NCBI GenBank assembly: GCA_031419315.1
Contig: JANOKR010000580.1
Span: forward strand, 1-40,415
DNA length: 40,415 bases
Direction: 5' to 3'
Source: Betaproteobacteria bacterium
GTDB lineage: Bacteria; Pseudomonadota; Gammaproteobacteria; Burkholderiales; Burkholderiaceae_C
Shown one piece after another: positions 35,178-40,415 of this stretch. The notes below the pieces were generated by a model, which worked only from the letters and a program-made list of their open reading frames with translations, did no database searches and was not told the DNA's origin. The position numbers were made by a program, and so were the translations under genes. Each line of letters opens with the position of its first letter. Within the stretch, counting starts at the first letter, position 1.

Positions 35178-36629
35178 GTGAGCAACAAGGTCAGCGCTAA
35201 CGACGGCGCAAACGACAGCACCAACGTCGGCGACATCGTTGCCAACATCACCGCCCTGGTCGTCCGCGCCCGCGCAGCGCAACAGATTGCCAACGGCTAC
35301 GACCAGGCGCGTGTCGACGAACTCGTCGCGGCGGCCGGTTGGGCGATCATCGAACCTGCGCGCAACCGCGCGCTGGCCGAGCTGGCGGTGGCCGACACCG
35401 GCATCGGCAATGTCGCCGACAAGATCCGCAAGAACCACCGCAAGACACTCGGGCTGCTGCGCGACCTGCAAGGCGCGCGCTCGGTTGGCGTGATCGCCGA
35501 GCATCCGGCACTCGGCCTGATCGAGATCGCACGCCCGGTGGGTGTGGTCTGCGCGATCACGCCGTCGACCAACCCAGGCGCGACGCCGGCGAACAAGATC
35601 ATCAACGCCTTGAAAGGCCGCAACGCGGTCATCGTTGCACCGTCACCCAAAGGCTGGAGCACCGCGGCACGCTTGCTCGAATTTATCCACGCGCAGTTCG
35701 ACCGTATCGGCGCGCCGCACGACCTGGTGCAACTGTTGCCGGCGCCGGTGACGAAGCTGGCCACCGCGGAGCTGATGCGTCAGTGTGACCTCGTCGTCGC
35801 CACCGGCTCGCAGGCGAATGTGCGTGCCGCCGCCAGCAGCGGTACGCCGGCCTTTGGTGTCGGTGCCGGCAACGTCGCCGGCATCGTCGACGAAACCGCC
35901 GACCTTGATCTTGCCGCCGAGCGCATCCACCGATCGAAGACCTTCGACAACGCGACGAGCTGTTCGTCGGAGAACAGCCTGGTGGTCGTCGACAGCGTGC
36001 GTGCGCCACTGCTCGCTGCGTTGCGCAAGCGCGGCGCGGTGCTGCTCGACGCGGCGCAAAAAACGCAGCTGCAGCGGCTGATGTTTCCCGACGGCACGCT
36101 GTCGGCGGCGGCCACCGGGCAGCCGGCAGTTGTGGTCGCCGAGCGCGCCGGCCTGGCCGATATCGCCGCGCTCGACCCGAGCATCCTGATCGTCGATGAA
36201 GACGGTTTCGGCGCGGCACATCCTTTTTCCGGCGAGAAGCTCAGCCCGGTGCTGGCGCTCTATGCAGCGCGCGACTTCGCGCATGCGATGGCGATCGTCG
36301 AGCGCATCTACGCCTGGCAGGGCGCCGGGCATTCGGTGGGCCTGCACAGTGCGCTGCCCGAGCGCGCGCTGGCACTCGGCCTGACGCTGCCGGTGTCGCG
36401 GGTCATCGTCGACCAGGCCCATTGCATCGCCACTGGCGGCAGCTTCGACAACGGCCTGCCGTTTTCACTGTCGATGGGCTGTGGCACCTGGGGCCGCAAC
36501 AATTTCTCCGACAACCTGGGCTACCGGCATTACCTGAATATCACCCGCATCTCGCGGCCGATAACAGAGCAGGTGCCGAGTGAAGCCGAGATCTTCGGCG
36601 CCTATTTCGACAAATTTGGCCAGACATGA
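35178..36629 (+). CDS. sauS: Acylating sulfoacetaldehyde dehydrogenase
   Basis: 'DKIRKNHRKTLGLLRDL', 'SKTFDNATSCSSENS', 'FDNGLPFSLSMGCGTWG' match Cupriavidus necator SauS as recalled; GTG start. Confidence 0.88.
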   Translation: MSNKVSANDGANDSTNVGDIVANITALVVRARAAQQIANGYDQARVDELVAAAGWAIIEPARNRALAELAVADTGIGNVADKIRKNHRKTLGLLRDLQGARSVGVIAEHPALGLIEIARPVGVVCAITPSTNPGATPANKIINALKGRNAVIVAPSPKGWSTAARLLEFIHAQFDRIGAPHDLVQLLPAPVTKLATAELMRQCDLVVATGSQANVRAAASSGTPAFGVGAGNVAGIVDETADLDLAAERIHRSKTFDNATSCSSENSLVVVDSVRAPLLAALRKRGAVLLDAAQKTQLQRLMFPDGTLSAAATGQPAVVVAERAGLADIAALDPSILIVDEDGFGAAHPFSGEKLSPVLALYAARDFAHAMAIVERIYAWQGAGHSVGLHSALPERALALGLTLPVSRVIVDQAHCIATGGSFDNGLPFSLSMGCGTWGRNNFSDNLGYRHYLNITRISRPITEQVPSEAEIFGAYFDKFGQT

Positions 36630-38299
36630 GCGATGTCGCGGGTGTGATGCGCAGCGTGCGCGATCTGATCGAGTGGCAGGCTTCGCGGCACCCCGATGCG
36701 GTCTACGCGATTTCGACCGAAGCGACCGAATCGAGCGCAGCGAATGACGCCGCCGAACCTCGCAGTGCGTCCGCCGAACCACTCCGCTACGGCGAGCTGA
36801 AAGCCCGCTGCGGCCGTGTCGCCGCGTTGCTGCAAGCCTACGGGCTGGTGCCCGGCGACACCGTGTCGCTGGTCATGCCTAACGGCCTGGGCACGCTGCA
36901 ACTGCTGCTCGGCGCGATGCACGGCGGCTGGTGCGTGAACCCGGTGAACCTGCTGTCCCAGCCGGAGCAGATGCAGTACGTGCTCGATCACAGCGACTGC
37001 AAGCTGATCCTGGCCAGTGCCGACTGGGCCGAACGGGTGCGGGCGCTGAAACCACGCGCGCCGGTGCTCGTGGTCGACCCCGACGTGCTCGTGCTGCCGG
37101 CGCAAGCCGCCACCACGCCGGCGCCGCCGGCGCCACCGGCCGATGCCGTGGCGCTGCTGATGTACACCTCGGGCACCACCGGCCGGCCCAAAGGCGTGAT
37201 GCTGACGCAAGCCAACCTCGCCGCGAATGCGCAGTCGATCGTTGCCGAACATCAACTCGAGGCCGGCGACCGCGTGCTCGGCGTGCTGCCGCTGTACCAC
37301 ATCAACGCTTTTGCGGTGACCATGCTGGCGCCACTGGCCAGTGGGGGCAGCGTCGCGATGGCGCCGCGCTTTTCGGTGGCGCGTTTCTGGTCGCAGGCGC
37401 GGCAAGCGCAGTGCACCTGGCTCAACGTCGTGCCGACTATGGTCTCGTACCTCATTGACGCCAACGCCGAAGCCGATGACAGCGATGCGCTTGCCGGCGC
37501 GGCGGCGGCGGCCTTGGCGTCGGTCGATCTGCTGCTGCGCTTTTGCCGTTCGGCGTCGGCCGCGCTGCCGCCCGCACACCTGCTGGCTTTCGAGCGTCGA
37601 TTTGGCATCGGCATCGTCGAGACGATGGGCCTGACTGAAACCGTCGCGCCGTGTTTTTCCAACCCGCTCGACGCCGCCCAGCGCAAGCTCGGATCGGTCG
37701 GCCGCGCGTCTGGATGCGAGGCCCGCGTCATCGACGCCGCGCTGCAACCGGTGGCCGACGGCAGCACCGGCGAGATCGCGATCCGCGGCCCGAATGTGAT
37801 GCTCGGTTATTACAAAAACGACGAGGCCACGCGGGCCAGCTTCACGCCAGACGGCTGGCTGCGCAGCGGCGACCTCGGTCACCGCGACAGCGACGGCTTC
37901 TACTTCGTCACCGGGCGCATCAAGGAGTTGATCATCAAGGGTGGCGAAAACATCGCACCGCGTGAGATCGACGAGGTCCTGCTCCGGCACCCCGCGGTGC
38001 TCGACGCTGTAGCCGTGGGCGTACCGGACCAGCACTACGGCCAGGAGATTCTGGCCTGCATCGTGCTGCGTCCGGGTGTTGCTGCTGATGCCGATGCCGA
38101 GGCCGGCATTGAAGCCGGCATTGAGGCTGATTTGCGCGCCTTTTGCGAGCAACATCTGGGCCGCTACAAGGCGCCCAAGCTGATCCGTTTTGTCACCGAA
38201 CTGCCACGCGGGCCGTCGGGCAAAGTCCAGCGCCTGAAGCTGGTGGATGCAGCCTCTGCGGTGCCTGCAGCGCAACCGTTTTCGGCCCCCGATGCTTGA
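36626..38299 (+). CDS. sauT: Acyl-CoA synthetase, probable sulfoacetate-CoA ligase
   Basis: AMP-binding 'YTSGTTGRPKG', 'ETMGLTET', 'SGDLG', 'GRIKELIIKGGENIAPREIDE'; ATGA-coupled to sauS. Confidence 0.82.
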   Translation: MSDVAGVMRSVRDLIEWQASRHPDAVYAISTEATESSAANDAAEPRSASAEPLRYGELKARCGRVAALLQAYGLVPGDTVSLVMPNGLGTLQLLLGAMHGGWCVNPVNLLSQPEQMQYVLDHSDCKLILASADWAERVRALKPRAPVLVVDPDVLVLPAQAATTPAPPAPPADAVALLMYTSGTTGRPKGVMLTQANLAANAQSIVAEHQLEAGDRVLGVLPLYHINAFAVTMLAPLASGGSVAMAPRFSVARFWSQARQAQCTWLNVVPTMVSYLIDANAEADDSDALAGAAAAALASVDLLLRFCRSASAALPPAHLLAFERRFGIGIVETMGLTETVAPCFSNPLDAAQRKLGSVGRASGCEARVIDAALQPVADGSTGEIAIRGPNVMLGYYKNDEATRASFTPDGWLRSGDLGHRDSDGFYFVTGRIKELIIKGGENIAPREIDEVLLRHPAVLDAVAVGVPDQHYGQEILACIVLRPGVAADADAEAGIEAGIEADLRAFCEQHLGRYKAPKLIRFVTELPRGPSGKVQRLKLVDAASAVPAAQPFSAPDA

Positions 38300-39092
38300 C
38301 CTGGCCATCGCAGTCGCGCGTCGCGCGGCCGCGATCATCCACGCGGCCGCCGCTGATCCGGCGTCGCTGCAAGTGCGCGCCAAAAAGCCCGACGACTATG
38401 TGACCCAGGTCGATCTGGCGTCTGAGCAGGCCATCGTGCGCGGCCTGCTCGATGTGCATCCCGGGCACGCGGTGCGCAGTGAAGAGTCGGCGCAGGCGCA
38501 TGGCGCGATGGGCGCCGACCATGTCTGGATCGTTGACCCGCTGGACGGCACGACCAACTTCATCCACGGCTATCCGGCCTATGCGGTGAGCATCGCGCTG
38601 GCGGTGCGCGGCCGCGTCGAACTCGGCGTCGTCATCGACGTCTGCCGCGGCGAACTCTTCCATGCCACGCGCGGTGGCGGCGCGTTCTGCGATGGCCGTC
38701 GTTTGCAGGTCGCCAAGCGCAGCCAGCTCGCTGACGCGGTGGTCGCCACGAGTTGCCCGCCACGCGCCGGCCCGGGCTTCGCGGTGTCGATGCAGATGCT
38801 CGCTGCGGTGATGCAGCGGGCCCATGCGCTGCGGCGTTCGGGGTCGGCGGCGCTCGACCTGGCCTGGCTGGCCGCCGGCCGCAGCGATGCGCAGTTCGAC
38901 CTCGGGTTGAACGCCTGGGACGTTGCCGCCGGCGGCCTGCTCGTGCAAGAAGCCGACGGTGTGGTGAGCGGCTTTTCAGGTCAAGCCGACTACCTGGAAA
39001 CCCGCGAATGCCTGGCCGGCAACGCCGGCCTGCATGCCGAGCTCCAGGCGATACTCGCGCCGTTCTCGTCACGCCAAGCAGCGCCGCCTTGA
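38292..39092 (+). CDS. Inositol monophosphatase family (SuhB-like)
   Basis: 'DYVTQVD', 'WIVDPLDGTTNFIHG', 'RRSGSAALDLAWLAAG', 'WDVAAG'. Confidence 0.92.
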   Translation: MLDLAIAVARRAAAIIHAAAADPASLQVRAKKPDDYVTQVDLASEQAIVRGLLDVHPGHAVRSEESAQAHGAMGADHVWIVDPLDGTTNFIHGYPAYAVSIALAVRGRVELGVVIDVCRGELFHATRGGGAFCDGRRLQVAKRSQLADAVVATSCPPRAGPGFAVSMQMLAAVMQRAHALRRSGSAALDLAWLAAGRSDAQFDLGLNAWDVAAGGLLVQEADGVVSGFSGQADYLETRECLAGNAGLHAELQAILAPFSSRQAAPP

Positions 39093-39118
39093 CTGCGCCT
39101 AAGCGCGCGCCTTCAGCC

Positions 39119-40132
39119 ATGTCATCGATTCGTTTGTCCAATATCAGCAAGGATTGGGGCGGCACCAAGGCGCTGGATGGCATCGACCTGGCGATCGAGC
39201 CGGGCAGCTTCTGCGTCCTGCTCGGGCCTTCGGGCTGCGGCAAATCGACGACGCTGCGCATCATCGCCGGGCTTGAGTCGGCGAGCAGCGGGCAGGTGTT
39301 TGTCGATGGCCGGGATGTCACGTCGCAGCCGCCGGCGCAGCGCGGCATCTCGATGGTGTTCCAGAACTACGCGCTCTTTCCCCACCTCAGCGTGGCCGAC
39401 AATATTGGCTTCGGCCTGTCGGTGCGCAAGGTCGAGCCGGTCGAGGCGGCGCGGCGCCTCAAAGTCACTGCCGAGCTGCTCGGCCTGACGGCGCTGCTGG
39501 AGCGCAAACCTTCGCAGTTGTCGGGCGGCCAGCAGCAGCGGGTGGCGCTGGGCCGCGCGCTGGTGGCGCAGACCAAGGTCTGCCTGATGGACGAGCCGCT
39601 GTCCAACCTGGACGCCCAGTTGCGCCAGGAAATGCGCCAGGAGCTGCGCGACCTGCAGCAGCGCCTGGGCCTGACCGTGGTCTACGTCACGCATGACCAG
39701 ACCGAGGCGATGAGCATGGCCGACCAGGTGGTGCTGCTGAACCAGGGCCGCATCGTGCAGAACGCCGCGCCGCGAATCTTGTACGCACAGCCGGCGACAA
39801 CCTTTGCGGCGCGTTTTATCGGCACGCCGGCGATGAACCTGCTGCGCCTGGACGGCGGCCGCATCGCCGGCAGCGAGATCGCGGTTGCACGTCCAGCCAG
39901 CACGTTAGGCATCCGCCCGGAATCGGTCGCACTCGGCGGCAGCGTGCCGGCCACCGTACGCAGCCTGGAATATCTTGGCGCCGACCTGGTGCTGCGTTGC
40001 ATGATCGGCAGCGAGCAGATCACGGTGCGTGCCGACGGCAAAACCGAGGTCACCCCCGGCACGCAGGTGGCTTTGCATTGGCCGCCGAGCGCCGAGCATT
40101 ATTTCGATTCACAGGGCGCGCGAGTCGCCTGA
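39119..40132 (+). CDS. UgpC/MalK-like ABC ATP-binding protein
   Basis: GPSGCGKS, 'MVFQNYALFPH', LSGGQQQRVALGRA, 'MDEPLSNLDA'. Confidence 0.93.
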   Translation: MSSIRLSNISKDWGGTKALDGIDLAIEPGSFCVLLGPSGCGKSTTLRIIAGLESASSGQVFVDGRDVTSQPPAQRGISMVFQNYALFPHLSVADNIGFGLSVRKVEPVEAARRLKVTAELLGLTALLERKPSQLSGGQQQRVALGRALVAQTKVCLMDEPLSNLDAQLRQEMRQELRDLQQRLGLTVVYVTHDQTEAMSMADQVVLLNQGRIVQNAAPRILYAQPATTFAARFIGTPAMNLLRLDGGRIAGSEIAVARPASTLGIRPESVALGGSVPATVRSLEYLGADLVLRCMIGSEQITVRADGKTEVTPGTQVALHWPPSAEHYFDSQGARVA

Positions 40133-40162
40133 CTTTCCCACCCAGACCCAAGGAGATTGACG

Positions 40163-40415
40163 ATGCACAAGCGAATCTTCAACCAGCTCGTAGCCGCGGC
40201 GGCATTGGCCACCGCGCTTGGCGCGCAGGCCCAGGCACCGACCGAGATTTCGTTTTTTTATCCGGTCGCGGTAGGCGGGCCGATCACCAAGCTGATCGAC
40301 GAATACGCCGCTGATTTTGGCCGCGAAAACCCCACCATCAAGGTCACGCCGATCTACGCCGGCAGCTACCAGGACACCATCGTCAAGGCGCTCACCGCCA
40401 ACAAGGCCGGCAACC
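40163..40415 (+). CDS. UgpB-like ABC substrate-binding protein (partial)
   Basis: AAGGAG RBS; manual translation MHKRIFNQLVAAAALATALGAQAQAPTEISFFYPVAVGGPITKLID...IYAGSYQDT. Confidence 0.85.
   Translation, partial: MHKRIFNQLVAAAALATALGAQAQAPTEISFFYPVAVGGPITKLIDEYAADFGRENPTIKVTPIYAGSYQDTIVKALTANKAGN

Overview
GC-rich betaproteobacterial DNA (Burkholderiales-like; taxon inferred from protein style) in two parts. Bases 1 to ~33,440 are a dense general-stress/envelope-type gene cluster: small membrane proteins (lmo0937-, DUF3309-, DUF1328-, ElaB/YqjD-like), Fe-SOD, fumC, a flavodoxin-like protein, AI-2E, AsmA plus an MCE ABC system, cardiolipin synthase, OmpA/DUF4398 lipoproteins and a beta/gamma-crystallin protein. 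It also encodes regulators: two tandem Crp/Fnr proteins, a CHASE3 histidine kinase, a UvrY/GacA-like response regulator and a single-domain receiver. The intergenic DNA carries two recurring promoter architectures with near-fixed spacing. Box A (TGTGCG-N4-CGCACA-GAC, 11 copies) sits at the CRP class II position (~-41.5). Box B (TGTAGG-N6-CCTACA, GacA-box-like, 9 copies including one weak) is followed by N17-CYGATG-N21-SAnnnT. Together they suggest a self-contained two-tier regulon. The cluster ends at an integrase N-terminal remnant and a tRNA 3'-half (att-like scar, ~33,905-33,944), and several genes appear internally deleted or degenerate. Bases 34,193-40,415 are metabolic: a TctC/Bug binding protein, sauS-sauT (sulfoacetate), an inositol monophosphatase and the start of a Ugp/Mal-type ABC transporter. 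Family assignments are from motif recognition and recall, not database searches.
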